A DNA stretch of 64,000 nucleotides from a virus. Taxonomy: Duplodnaviria > Caudoviricetes. Below the pieces are notes generated by a model. The model saw only the letters and a program-made list of their open reading frames with translations, was not told the DNA's origin and made no database searches. Shown piece after piece: positions 29,624-39,089 of this stretch. The stretch lies in IMG/VR virus record IMGVR_UViG_3300034071_001210, positions 1-64,000 of that record; one strand, given 5' to 3'. A program made the translations under genes and the position numbers. The first letter of the stretch is position 1. Every line of letters begins with the position of its first letter.

Positions 29624-30465
29624 TTAATTATTCTCTTCTTAGTATACTCTAACGAAGACATGTATTCTAGCATCGATTCTTTTGATTTAACATTTGTAGT
29701 AATTACATCCCACAACTTATGGTTTTCTTTATTATAAAATGTATTGCAATCCGATGCTTTTGATTTTGGATGGTTCATGTGAACTACGTAGCCCGAATCA
29801 ATCCATCCTATTTTATAGCCAAGAATATAAAATCTATATAAACGTTCCTGATCTTCAGGACCCCAGTCAATAAATTCTTCATTTTCACCAAAACCATTTT
29901 TATATGAATCCGTATTAAAAAATTGAATACCACCAGTAGTAATTATTTTACCCAATCCTATTGATGTAAATAAATTCAACCCTGGATGATCTGTAAAAAC
30001 TGGATATTTATCTGTTAAATAAGAAATCCATGAAGTATCTGGATCTGTTAAAATTTTATTTAATTGTTGTTCAGTAAACTCCCAAAAAGTTAAAAATGAT
30101 TCTTTTTCATAAGGATAAACAAAATCATATTCATTTTCTAACATTTTTAAACATTTTTTTACATTATCTTGTGGAATTAGAATATCACAATCATAGTTAA
30201 TTGTAAATTTGGTATCTACAAGCTCTAACATATCATTTAATATTTTTGTTCTATGAAAAAAAGAAGTATCATTAGTTTGTTCAAATATATAAGTTAATCG
30301 GTCGTCTTTAACTAAATTTGTTTTTTGTTCTGAATCAACTTCTTTTACAATAATTTTACATTTGTAAAACTTTAATAAAAATGTAACAACAGAATTTAAA
30401 TTTCTTAATCTTTCTGGTGAATCTATTCTAACTGGAATTATTGCTGTCAAATCTTGACTATTCAT
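29620..30465 (-). CDS. GT2/GT7-C-type glycosyltransferase
   Basis: IIPVRID..ER..NL, YDCD (DxD) and GENEEFIDWGPED motifs. Start at 30465 (ATGA overlap) is more likely than the track start of 30534. Confidence 0.8.
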   Translation of the reverse strand: MNSQDLTAIIPVRIDSPERLRNLNSVVTFLLKFYKCKIIVKEVDSEQKTNLVKDDRLTYIFEQTNDTSFFHRTKILNDMLELVDTKFTINYDCDILIPQDNVKKCLKMLENEYDFVYPYEKESFLTFWEFTEQQLNKILTDPDTSWISYLTDKYPVFTDHPGLNLFTSIGLGKIITTGGIQFFNTDSYKNGFGENEEFIDWGPEDQERLYRFYILGYKIGWIDSGYVVHMNHPKSKASDCNTFYNKENHKLWDVITTNVKSKESMLEYMSSLEYTKKRIIK

Positions 30466-31250
30466 AATATAGTCCAATCTTTGCAGTAAATATCTGACCA
30501 GTTTTTGGGAGCACTGGGCGCAGATCCAAACCATTTTGAAGGTGCAATAGTTTTCTTGGAATCACTCAACCAAGATCCCCACCAGCTAAAAGAACTATTA
30601 GCAATAATATGATAATTGCATAAAGTCATTAAACACATATCAACATATTTATCGTTACTTTCTGTAAATACTACTTTACGATTTAACGATTTAAAAAACT
30701 CAATTGCTTGTGGCATATCATCACTAAAGACATAGATTAAAAGATCATCAGGCAATAACTTTAGTGCTTCTGCATAATAATCCACTGAACATATTGGGTG
30801 ACTATCTTGCAACTGAACATAATCACCTAACCTTAGATGTATCGATATGGTTGGTAATCTTGTTAAAGATCGCATATCTACTGCTTGCTTATAAATTCTA
30901 TCATTAAAAGAAAATTCTTTTAATAATTGTTCTCTATAATCTACAAAATATTTTTCACTTTGAAAATAACCAGTAATATCTGTGTTATCTTGGATTCCAA
31001 AAATACCAGCATTATATGTAAACTGATGTTCCTGAGCTTTATTTAAAGCCGCATAATCACTACTATCAGCTGCAGATAGATTTGAAAAACATTCAGGTAA
31101 ACAAAAATTATAGTATTCATTATTAGTTTTTAACTTATATGGAACACCAAATTGATATTTTCTAGTTTTAGCAATAGAATATAATGTAGCATATTGAAAC
31201 ATCTGATTTCCAAATCTACCATTTGTTCCAATTCTATTATATGTAATCAT
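30462..31250 (-). CDS. GT11 alpha-1,2-fucosyltransferase-like glycosyltransferase
   Basis: GRFGNQMFQY, GYFQSEKYF, HLRLGDY, FSDD and IIANSSFSWWG motifs. Confidence 0.9.
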   Translation of the reverse strand: MITYNRIGTNGRFGNQMFQYATLYSIAKTRKYQFGVPYKLKTNNEYYNFCLPECFSNLSAADSSDYAALNKAQEHQFTYNAGIFGIQDNTDITGYFQSEKYFVDYREQLLKEFSFNDRIYKQAVDMRSLTRLPTISIHLRLGDYVQLQDSHPICSVDYYAEALKLLPDDLLIYVFSDDMPQAIEFFKSLNRKVVFTESNDKYVDMCLMTLCNYHIIANSSFSWWGSWLSDSKKTIAPSKWFGSAPSAPKNWSDIYCKDWTIL

Positions 31251-31882
31251 AAATACGCTGAATCCCTATCTTCTAGTGTATTATCAGTAAAGTGTTGCCA
31301 CTTGTTAGCTGAATCTCTATTATCTGATTGATAAAAATATGGTTTATTTGGTGTATATACTTTAGTTTGAAATTGTAATGATGATGCTCCTACATCCCAT
31401 GGCTGTTTTAAATCATGAATACAATGTTTTGCTACACGAGACATATAGTCTCTATATATGGGAGTTACATATAAAATAGCATGAGTGGCTAGAATTCCAC
31501 CTATTCTCATATATTCTTCTGTATATCTTTTAGTTTGGTATCCACGGTTACCACTAGAAATACCAAGGTAAATGCCATCTGTATCGTCTGGAATATCCAT
31601 AATTGGATTAAATGAATCTGTAAATTCTGCGTCATCTTCTAAAATTAGAAGTGGCGTTGTATACTGCACATCATCCAAAATATCAATATGGGATTGTGCA
31701 CAGCCAACATAATGTGCATTACTTGGTATAGTGCCTTCTGGAGCTGGAATGATTCTAGCAGATTTTCTATAAGTATGTTTAAACCCAAACTTTAGAAGAT
31801 TGTCTTGCATAATTTCAGCATTTTTAGTTGCTGAATCCAAATTAATCCATACGACTGGTATTTCGCGTAAATCAATAATCAT
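31247..31882 (-). CDS. GT25-like glycosyltransferase
   Basis: WINLD, GCAQSH, LILEDD and THAI motifs. Confidence 0.8.
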   Translation of the reverse strand: MIIDLREIPVVWINLDSATKNAEIMQDNLLKFGFKHTYRKSARIIPAPEGTIPSNAHYVGCAQSHIDILDDVQYTTPLLILEDDAEFTDSFNPIMDIPDDTDGIYLGISSGNRGYQTKRYTEEYMRIGGILATHAILYVTPIYRDYMSRVAKHCIHDLKQPWDVGASSLQFQTKVYTPNKPYFYQSDNRDSANKWQHFTDNTLEDRDSAYL

Positions 31883-31896
31883 ATAACCTCATTTTA

Positions 31897-31933
31897 AATA
31901 TAATACAACTTATAAAGATGTCAAGTTATTTAG
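31897..31933 (-). promoter_or_regulatory. Island promoters: TTGACA-N16-TATATT (31897-31924) plus late-type CTAAATA (31927-31933)
   Basis: Both motifs are read directly upstream of the first island gene. Confidence 0.6.
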
Positions 31934-31961
31934 TTGACATTTTCTTGACTTCTACTATACT
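31934..31961 (+). promoter_or_regulatory. Sigma70-type promoter TTGACA-N16-TATACT for uvsY
   Basis: ATG 31968 lies 6 nt after the -10 box; divergent from the island promoter. Confidence 0.7.
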
Positions 31962-31967
31962 GTCTTT

Positions 31968-32405
31968 ATGAATCTAGAAGACCTTAAACTCAATATTTCC
32001 AAAGATGCATCTGTTGACTCCTCAGAACTAGGAAATGAGGCTATTAGAACTCCTCAGCTGCATAGTAAGTACCTGTGTCTTCATGCAGATTTTAAACTGA
32101 TTCTGTGTAAACAGGTAAATGACTTAGCAATTCTTAAACTTCGTAAGTGGAAGATCTTTACTGGTAAGGCTAGTCGTGAAGAATTGGAAGCATGGGGAGA
32201 GGACCCAAATGGACTAACTCTACTAAAGACTGATGTGGAAAAGTTTATTGAGGCAGATCCTAAGATTATTGAACTAAAATTAAAGATTGCTGTAATTGAA
32301 GTTAAGGTTAAGATGGTTGAAGAATTTTTAAAAGTTCTCAATAATAGAAACTTCTCTATTAAGTCCGCTATTGAGTGGTTCAAGATGACGCAGGGTATCG
32401 TCTAA
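31968..32405 (+). CDS. uvsY: Recombination mediator UvsY
   Basis: P.LHSKY, LLKTDV..FIEAD and R.FSIK.AIEW.K motifs. Confidence 0.92.
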   Translation: MNLEDLKLNISKDASVDSSELGNEAIRTPQLHSKYLCLHADFKLILCKQVNDLAILKLRKWKIFTGKASREELEAWGEDPNGLTLLKTDVEKFIEADPKIIELKLKIAVIEVKVKMVEEFLKVLNNRNFSIKSAIEWFKMTQGIV

Positions 32406-32423
32406 TCTTACCATAAATATTGA

Positions 32424-33926
32424 GTGGATGTAGAAGTTGAATCTGTAGACGAAGTTCGTTACTATATAAAAACAGAAAAGGGCGTTAAACAAGAACTGAG
32501 AGATTATTTCTCGTTCATGATTCCCGGTGCTGAGTATATGCCATTGTTTAAACGGCGTATATGGGATGGTAAGATAAGATTATTTGATATTTTATCTTCT
32601 ACCCTCCCAAGAGGTCTTAAACCTTACTTGAGTAAGTTTTGTAAAGACCGCCAATACACTTTAAATATTAAAGAGAGTAGGAATCCGCTATGCATAACGG
32701 AGGAGAAACTTCTGGACTTCTACGATACCCTGAAAGTTTCTGTAAAGAAACAGCAGGTCAAAATGCATCCCCACCAAAGCCAAGCAATTCTACACGCTAT
32801 CAACGCTCACCGGTGTGTAATAATATCTCCGACAGGTTCTGGAAAAAGTTTAATAATCTACGTCTTGCTCCGCTATCTACTATCCGTAATAAAATCAGAC
32901 AGAAAGATTTTAGTTTTGGTTCCAACAGTAGGGCTGGTAACACAGATGGAAACAGACTTCTTTGATTACTCAAAGGCAGACCCTTCTTGGCTATCAAGAA
33001 AATATATTCATAAAATTAGTGCAGGACTTGAAAAAGACACCAACAAACAAGTAATTGTCTCTACATGGCAATCTATATACAAGTTGCCTAGAGAGTGGTT
33101 TGACCAATTTGATGCTATCTTCTTTGATGAGTGTCACCAAGCCAAGGCAGAATCAATAAATCTAATTGGTCAGAAGTTAACTAAAGCCTGGTTTCGTATT
33201 GGTACTACGGGCACACTAGATCAAACACAGGCACACCGTTTAAGCATAGAAGGCATTCTAGGACCTGCTATTCAGTTTATTCAGACAAAGAGCCTTATGA
33301 ACAAGGGATTGCTTGCTACTCTTGCTGTTGACTGTATTGTATTGAAATATACAGATCAAGAAAAACAGGATATGAAAAAACAAAAATATCCTGATGAAAT
33401 CAAGACTATAATAAGTAATAGTAGGAGGAATGAATTTGTCAAAGAACTCGCAATTCATACCAAAGGCAATACCCTCATCCTCTTCAACTATGTCGAGGGA
33501 CACGGGAAACCTCTCCACGCTCTCATTGAGGCAGCAGGAACAGATAAGAAGGTATATCTTATTCACGGAAAAACAGAAAGTGAAGCCCGAGAATCTATCC
33601 GGCGTATCGTGGATACACAAACTAATGCCATATTGGTTGCGAGTTACGGTACTACTAGTACTGGCATTAACATTGTCAACATTGATAATCTTATCCTTGC
33701 CTCTCCTACGAAATCTATAATTCGTTTACTACAGAGTATTGGTAGAGGTTTACGAGTATCTGCTAAAAAGAAAACTTTGAAAGTTTATGATATCGTTGAT
33801 GACCTTTGTTATATGTCATACAAGAACCATGTTTATAGGCATTTTGAAGAACGAATTAAAATTTATAAAAAAGAAAAGTTTGATTACAGGATAATGTCGA
33901 TGCCACTACCTACCGATGATAAATAA
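32424..33926 (+). CDS. uvsW: SF2 DNA helicase UvsW
   Basis: WDGKIRLF, PTGSGKS, DECH, TGT and QSIGRGLR motifs. Confidence 0.95.
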   Translation: MDVEVESVDEVRYYIKTEKGVKQELRDYFSFMIPGAEYMPLFKRRIWDGKIRLFDILSSTLPRGLKPYLSKFCKDRQYTLNIKESRNPLCITEEKLLDFYDTLKVSVKKQQVKMHPHQSQAILHAINAHRCVIISPTGSGKSLIIYVLLRYLLSVIKSDRKILVLVPTVGLVTQMETDFFDYSKADPSWLSRKYIHKISAGLEKDTNKQVIVSTWQSIYKLPREWFDQFDAIFFDECHQAKAESINLIGQKLTKAWFRIGTTGTLDQTQAHRLSIEGILGPAIQFIQTKSLMNKGLLATLAVDCIVLKYTDQEKQDMKKQKYPDEIKTIISNSRRNEFVKELAIHTKGNTLILFNYVEGHGKPLHALIEAAGTDKKVYLIHGKTESEARESIRRIVDTQTNAILVASYGTTSTGINIVNIDNLILASPTKSIIRLLQSIGRGLRVSAKKKTLKVYDIVDDLCYMSYKNHVYRHFEERIKIYKKEKFDYRIMSMPLPTDDK

Positions 33927-33941
33927 ATTAGGAGGGTTACT

Positions 33942-34610
33942 ATGTCTGACGAAGTACAAGAAACTCCCTTTGGCGGTATTGTTAGAGTTGTTAAACTTAT
34001 AAATGGTGACGAACTAATTGGATTGGTTCGTGATGCTCAATTAGATAAAATCGTAATATCATTCCCAGCTAAAATCGAATGTGCATTATCAAGAGATCAG
34101 AATGGTGATCTTATTGAATATTTTAAATTAACCAATTATGCATCTAATTTACAACTATCAGAAATTTCAATTAATCGAACTTCTGTATTATATACAGGAG
34201 TTCCTACTGAAGATCTTTCTAAGATGTATGACGTATTCTTTCATACAATGCAAGTAGACCCAAAATCTGTAATGAATAATACTAATGAAGATTTGGTAGT
34301 GGGTCCAGAAGCTGGACTTATGATGCTCAATGAACTTTTTAATAATGAAGATTTTGTAAATTTTGTAAACGATATGATTGACAGTTTTGAGGGCTCAGAG
34401 GTCATACTTGATGATGAATTAGAAGAAATAGAAGAATCTGAGCAGCAGGAACCCTCTGTAGAGGATCTGTTAGTTGAGGAGGCTCCGAAGCCACCTAAGC
34501 CTGTAAAACGCCGCACAATGAATCCTGAAACTAAAAAGCTACCATTTAATCCAGAGAGCAGTCCAAATTCTGCTGAAAGCTGGTCTGATAATCCAGAAGA
34601 TTATATTTAA
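33942..34610 (+). CDS. Hypothetical protein: Sm-like N-terminal domain with an acidic tail
   Basis: VVKLINGDELIG motif typical of the ORF after uvsW in T4-like phages; GGAGG RBS. Confidence 0.6.
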   Translation: MSDEVQETPFGGIVRVVKLINGDELIGLVRDAQLDKIVISFPAKIECALSRDQNGDLIEYFKLTNYASNLQLSEISINRTSVLYTGVPTEDLSKMYDVFFHTMQVDPKSVMNNTNEDLVVGPEAGLMMLNELFNNEDFVNFVNDMIDSFEGSEVILDDELEEIEESEQQEPSVEDLLVEEAPKPPKPVKRRTMNPETKKLPFNPESSPNSAESWSDNPEDYI

Positions 34611-35131
34611 ACAGTATTTTTAAGATTTTCTGGAGCATCGGGGTCAATTTCATAATATGAAAATTTAAAAGTACAAGATGCTTTTTGTATTACTGCATCA
34701 GATGTATCTGATTGAAATACAATACCGGTAAGTTTACTTGGAACAATATATCGAAATGTTACTGTAGTAACAACACAATTTGATATTGGGCTTATTATTG
34801 ATAATACAGCTTGATGGTGCCATTGTTGATATGGCAAATTATTTGTATTGTCATTTTGAATATTTGCTACATTACGCATCCAAGAATATAAACTTTTCCA
34901 ATTGGTTAATTCAGAGTCAACTATAAATTCTACATTTAAAGTTTCATAATTAAACTGCATAGTTGGTACTGGAATCGTTGTACCAAAGATCGTTGGTTGA
35001 TTTACATCAGGTACGGTACACCCTGGAAGATTGGCTTTCTGACAATTTAATTCAAATTGTTTTGTTCCACGACCAAAAATTAATGTAAAGTAACTATTGT
35101 ATAATGGATTTATATTTGAAATGCAGCTCAT
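34607..35131 (-). CDS. gp3: Tail tube terminator/completion protein (gp3-like)
   Basis: CQKANLPG, L.VEFIVD..L.NW..LY.WM and FKFSYY motifs; directly downstream of gp23. Confidence 0.8.
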   Translation of the reverse strand: MSCISNINPLYNSYFTLIFGRGTKQFELNCQKANLPGCTVPDVNQPTIFGTTIPVPTMQFNYETLNVEFIVDSELTNWKSLYSWMRNVANIQNDNTNNLPYQQWHHQAVLSIISPISNCVVTTVTFRYIVPSKLTGIVFQSDTSDAVIQKASCTFKFSYYEIDPDAPENLKNTV

Positions 35132-35151
35132 AGAAATATTTATCTAATAAC

Positions 35152-35181
35152 AAAAGCCCTCCTCATTTCTGAGGAGGGCTT
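35152..35181 (-). terminator. Intrinsic terminator after the major capsid gene
   Basis: AAGCCCTCCTCA-GAAA-TGAGGAGGGCTT-TTG: 12-bp stem, GNRA loop, U-tract. Confidence 0.9.
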
Positions 35182-35211
35182 CGAAGTGTTACTTAAGTTC
35201 TAACCGATTAC

Positions 35212-36606
35212 TTAGATCGTGTTACCGTGTAGATGGGTAACTGCAGTGAGACGGTAGTATTGGTTAAGCCCTGTGGTCAACGAATCAGCATCAGGTGCTG
35301 CACCGTTAAGAACAAACGGATTAGCAACTACGCCGTAACGAGTCTTGAACGCAATACGTGGTTGGAACGTATTAGGATCAACTGCACGAACCATTTGGAG
35401 CGGAACGTATGGGCAGTAGAACAGACCTGCATCATACGGTGACTCGCCCTTATAACCTGCGCAGAAGAAGTTGTATCCTGCTGGGCTATATGGATCGATG
35501 TAAACGCGAATCTTGCCACTGAGAAGACCGGCAAAATTGCTTTGAGTATCGTCAACATTCATTTGTGGAGCAATACCAGGTGAAAGGCTCATGAAACCAG
35601 ACATTGCAAGTGCGGCAGCAGTATCGCTGTCGCAGATGATGAAGTTACCCTTACCACGGCGGGTTTCCTTGGCGATTGCGTTGCATTCACGCTCGATTTG
35701 GAAACTGAGACCACGGAAGCGTTCTGCTGACCAACGACCATCAGAATCTTGATCAAGGTCATATGTACCCTTGGCTGCAAGATCGTTCTGTTGTGAACCA
35801 GACTTAGCAACATAATAGATGGTCTTGACGAGTTCGCGGTTGATTTCAGCAAGAATTTCAGTGCTGAGAAGATTTGCGAGTTCGGCTTCGGCATCTAGAC
35901 CGTGAACAGCCTTCAAGTCTTGTGCAAGTTCAACAGTGTAATTACTGCTTAGTGCACGTGTACGAGCTTGAACAGCAACACGGTCAATACTAAAGGCCAT
36001 TTGATTCCAGTTAGCATAACCAGCAGCCTTGCCAATACCTTCACCGTTAGCGGTGAGGATACCACGCATTGCTGCAAGTTGTGCAGCAGACGAGCATACA
36101 CCAGATGTAGCATTCCAACCAGCAGAAAGACCCTTAGATGCCGCAAAGGCTGCATCGAGTGTCCAACCGCAACCACCGAAGGATGGTTGTGGCTCTTGGA
36201 ATTGTGCTTCGACATACGTGCCAGCGTAAGAAATGCCGGTACCACCGAATTGATAATTTGCACGCATTGCAAAGATCAAACCAGTTGGAGCGGTCATTGG
36301 TTGAACGCCGCAGATGTCGTAGGCCATCAAATTTGGCATAGAACGGCGAATGAGCGAGATGAGTACGGGATCGTAACCTGCAACGCCACCGGAGTTGGTG
36401 AACGATGAAGGCATACCGAGATTGGCACCAGATGCCATATCTTCAGTTAGATGCTGAGAACGAAGAGCTTGCTCTTGATTCTCTAAAAGAACGGCGGTTA
36501 CCTTGCGGCGGTAATCGTCTTTGATTGGAGCGAGTGCACCGTGACTGAGCACGGGATCCCACTTCTCGGTTAAAATGTCATACGGGGTGTTTTCTTGAAA
36601 ATTCAT
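35212..36606 (-). CDS. gp23: Major capsid protein
   Basis: LLENQE, DPVLISLIRR.MPNL, GVQPMTAPTGLIFAMR, ELAQDLKAVHGLDAE and FYCPYVPL motifs. Confidence 0.98.
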   Translation of the reverse strand: MNFQENTPYDILTEKWDPVLSHGALAPIKDDYRRKVTAVLLENQEQALRSQHLTEDMASGANLGMPSSFTNSGGVAGYDPVLISLIRRSMPNLMAYDICGVQPMTAPTGLIFAMRANYQFGGTGISYAGTYVEAQFQEPQPSFGGCGWTLDAAFAASKGLSAGWNATSGVCSSAAQLAAMRGILTANGEGIGKAAGYANWNQMAFSIDRVAVQARTRALSSNYTVELAQDLKAVHGLDAEAELANLLSTEILAEINRELVKTIYYVAKSGSQQNDLAAKGTYDLDQDSDGRWSAERFRGLSFQIERECNAIAKETRRGKGNFIICDSDTAAALAMSGFMSLSPGIAPQMNVDDTQSNFAGLLSGKIRVYIDPYSPAGYNFFCAGYKGESPYDAGLFYCPYVPLQMVRAVDPNTFQPRIAFKTRYGVVANPFVLNGAAPDADSLTTGLNQYYRLTAVTHLHGNTI

Positions 36607-36637
36607 GGTAAGTTATTAATCTCCTATTGATTAAAAT

Positions 36638-36644
36638 TATTTAG
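36638..36644 (-). promoter_or_regulatory. Late promoter (A)CTAAATA for gp23
   Basis: The same motif occurs before gp22 (37701-37707), gp18 (43660-43666), gp48 and gp4. Confidence 0.7.
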
Positions 36645-36657
36645 TAAAAGTAAAAGT

Positions 36658-37677
36658 TTAGACTCTTTTATTGAGTCGTCCGATAGCACCAGCATATCCC
36701 TCTACGAGGTTTGTTGGTGTATTTTTGACTGGGGAAAAGGTTTGTTCAGGTTCGGCATTGCGAACGACTGGACGACCTCTGGATAGATAATTTTCACGAA
36801 TAGCAACTAGCTTTTCGCGGTATTCTTCTGGATTGCTAAAATTAACGCTTTCCATTAGATTTTGTAGTTTGGAAACTTGTGTGTCTGCGAGATCACGTGT
36901 TTCGGCAACAAAGATACCAGCACATTCAGTAAGTGAAACTTCTTTACGAAGATTCATATTGAATTGGAAGGATTCATTGAGCTTGGTTTCTAGTTCACGG
37001 TTTTGGGCATAAAGTTCATCAAGAACATTATACTTTTCTGCAGGAACATCGATGTAATGATTCTCGAAGAGATTCTTGAGACCACCGATGAAGTTTTCTG
37101 CAATTTGTGTCTTAACACCTTGCTCAACTGCAACAGCATTCTCGGTCATCCACTCTTCAACAACAAAGTCAAGATAATCATCAACCTTCTCTACAAGTGA
37201 TTCGGTTACATTATCAAGATATGTCTTTACATTACCATCAACATTTTGAACGATGTTGGCAACGGTTTTTTCAACACGGTCAGATACAGCGGCTTCAAAA
37301 ATTGCTTCTAGTTGGGATACAAGGGATGGTGAAACATCTTCACCTAAAAGAGAAACAAGAGCATTACGGAAATCTTGTTTGGTTTCCTCGTTGGTCTCTT
37401 CTTCTTCCATTTCCTCTTCGGTATCTTCGTCAGTATCTTCTTCGCTTTCTTCTTCATCTGCTGATGAAGAAGCCATAGCAGTTGGAGCTGCCATTCCAGC
37501 ACCAACTGGAACTTGGGCTTGAGCCATGGCTGCACCACCAAAATCAATTGGTTGCACGATGTTGGATCCACGTCCAGTCATATCAAAATCTGATTGACCG
37601 TTGGACATTGGGTATCCACCTAGACCCATGGCTTCGGCTGCTGCTTCTGAAATAGTTTTCTTGCTTTTTTGTTTCAT
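36658..37677 (-). CDS. gp22: Prohead core scaffold protein
   Basis: IFEAAV, KVDDYLDFVVEEWM.EN and GLKNLF..HYIDVP motifs. Confidence 0.93.
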   Translation of the reverse strand: MKQKSKKTISEAAAEAMGLGGYPMSNGQSDFDMTGRGSNIVQPIDFGGAAMAQAQVPVGAGMAAPTAMASSSADEEESEEDTDEDTEEEMEEEETNEETKQDFRNALVSLLGEDVSPSLVSQLEAIFEAAVSDRVEKTVANIVQNVDGNVKTYLDNVTESLVEKVDDYLDFVVEEWMTENAVAVEQGVKTQIAENFIGGLKNLFENHYIDVPAEKYNVLDELYAQNRELETKLNESFQFNMNLRKEVSLTECAGIFVAETRDLADTQVSKLQNLMESVNFSNPEEYREKLVAIRENYLSRGRPVVRNAEPEQTFSPVKNTPTNLVEGYAGAIGRLNKRV

Positions 37678-37719
37678 AATAAAAGAATCCTTGTGTTAAT
37701 TATTTAGTAGTTTTTAAAA

Positions 37720-38445
37720 TTACGGAGTTATACCGTATGCTTTTTCTTGAGCTTCTAACTGTCTTTGTGATACTGCGCGTCTTCTTGCATCTAATGGATC
37801 AACTGGTTTAAATGCCGCACGCTTTGAGCCAACTAGTGGCACCCATGGACTTCCGGCTCCCTGTGCTGCTAAATTTTGAGCATTTTGACCTATCTTGCCA
37901 ATATTTGCATCAAACCAACTTGACCCAGATATATCTGCAGCCTGACCTAAAAGTGAATCTACTGCTCCTGGAACTTTATCTATTCCTGGAATTTTTTTAA
38001 GGATACTAGTTCCTGCAATTGCTGATGTTGCTTTATTTCCAAGCAAGTTACCCAACCAGTCTAATCCAGTACCAATAGCATATGCACCTGCAGCAGAACC
38101 GGCACCCAAATCATCTTTTTCCGTATCACCAAACAAAATATTATCTGGCTTACCTTCGGCATCAATGCCTTCACCCTTTCCACCACGACCGCCACCAACA
38201 CCATATGGTAATTTAATTTTAGAAGGATCTTCCATAGTATCAAGAGCATGACGATTAACAGGAATAACATCTTTACTTGGAGTTTTTGGTAATTTAGGTG
38301 CTTTTGTTTTATTATAAGAATCAACGGCTATACTTGGACCTTCGCCAAATTCTCTTAAGAATTCTTCATGCAAATCACCCGTTGAATGTTTATTAAACGA
38401 TTCAATTAAATAATTTCGAGCAAGATGGGAAATATCTTTATTCAT
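37720..38445 (-). CDS. Hypothetical Gly/Ala-rich protein, possible internal head protein
   Basis: 241 aa, coupled by ATGA overlap to gp21; has an N-terminal LIE motif. Confidence 0.5.
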   Translation of the reverse strand: MNKDISHLARNYLIESFNKHSTGDLHEEFLREFGEGPSIAVDSYNKTKAPKLPKTPSKDVIPVNRHALDTMEDPSKIKLPYGVGGGRGGKGEGIDAEGKPDNILFGDTEKDDLGAGSAAGAYAIGTGLDWLGNLLGNKATSAIAGTSILKKIPGIDKVPGAVDSLLGQAADISGSSWFDANIGKIGQNAQNLAAQGAGSPWVPLVGSKRAAFKPVDPLDARRRAVSQRQLEAQEKAYGITP

Positions 38446-39089
38446 TTAAGTTTATTAAAATATTCTTCAAACACTTTAACAATATTTTTGTTTAGATTTC
38501 GGCTTGATGAACCACTAATAAGTTTTCTTGCTGCATCAATTTGACGCTCTTGCCAAGAACCTTCTACGAGCATCCATTCTCTACCTTCCATGATTCCATT
38601 TACGAAAGCATGTGGTGCTGATGGATCAGCAACAATATCAACAGCAGCAAGCATAAAGTCTTCTTGTACTTCTTGGTATCCATTCTTAGACTTTAAAGAA
38701 CCCATACCACGAGTAGATACACCTAATTGTGCACCCTCATCAATAAGGTTCTTTACAATCTTTCCCATTGGGGTATCTAAGATTTTTGCTTTACCACAAA
38801 TAGAATTACCATCTTCATGGAGTTCTTTGATAATATGTGATACACGATCAAGGTTTACAGTTGGTCCTGTAGGATGATTAAGTTCACCTAAAGCACGACC
38901 TTTATTAACATATTCAGTAATATAACGGTTGGTCTCCTTGGCAAGGGTTCCTTGTGGATATACTCGACCATTCCGGTTCTTTACACCAGATTGCATAAAA
39001 ATACCTTCAATGAAATAATGCTTATCTCCATTACCAGCATTTTCCTTGATATACTTTATATCTTCAGTTAGTTCTGTAATCAGTTTCAT
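38442..39089 (-). CDS. gp21: Prohead protease
   Basis: MKLITE, NRNGRVYP, GELNHP, GVSTRGMGS and DIVADPSAP motifs. Confidence 0.97.
   Translation of the reverse strand: MKLITELTEDIKYIKENAGNGDKHYFIEGIFMQSGVKNRNGRVYPQGTLAKETNRYITEYVNKGRALGELNHPTGPTVNLDRVSHIIKELHEDGNSICGKAKILDTPMGKIVKNLIDEGAQLGVSTRGMGSLKSKNGYQEVQEDFMLAAVDIVADPSAPHAFVNGIMEGREWMLVEGSWQERQIDAARKLISGSSSRNLNKNIVKVFEEYFNKLK

Noticed and set aside
20233-31882. DNA-hypermodification cluster
   Set aside because: No thymidylate synthase/hydroxymethylase, dNMP kinase or DNA glucosyltransferase-like gene was seen, and the GT families present are surface-glycan types. It is not fully excluded without the rest of the genome.
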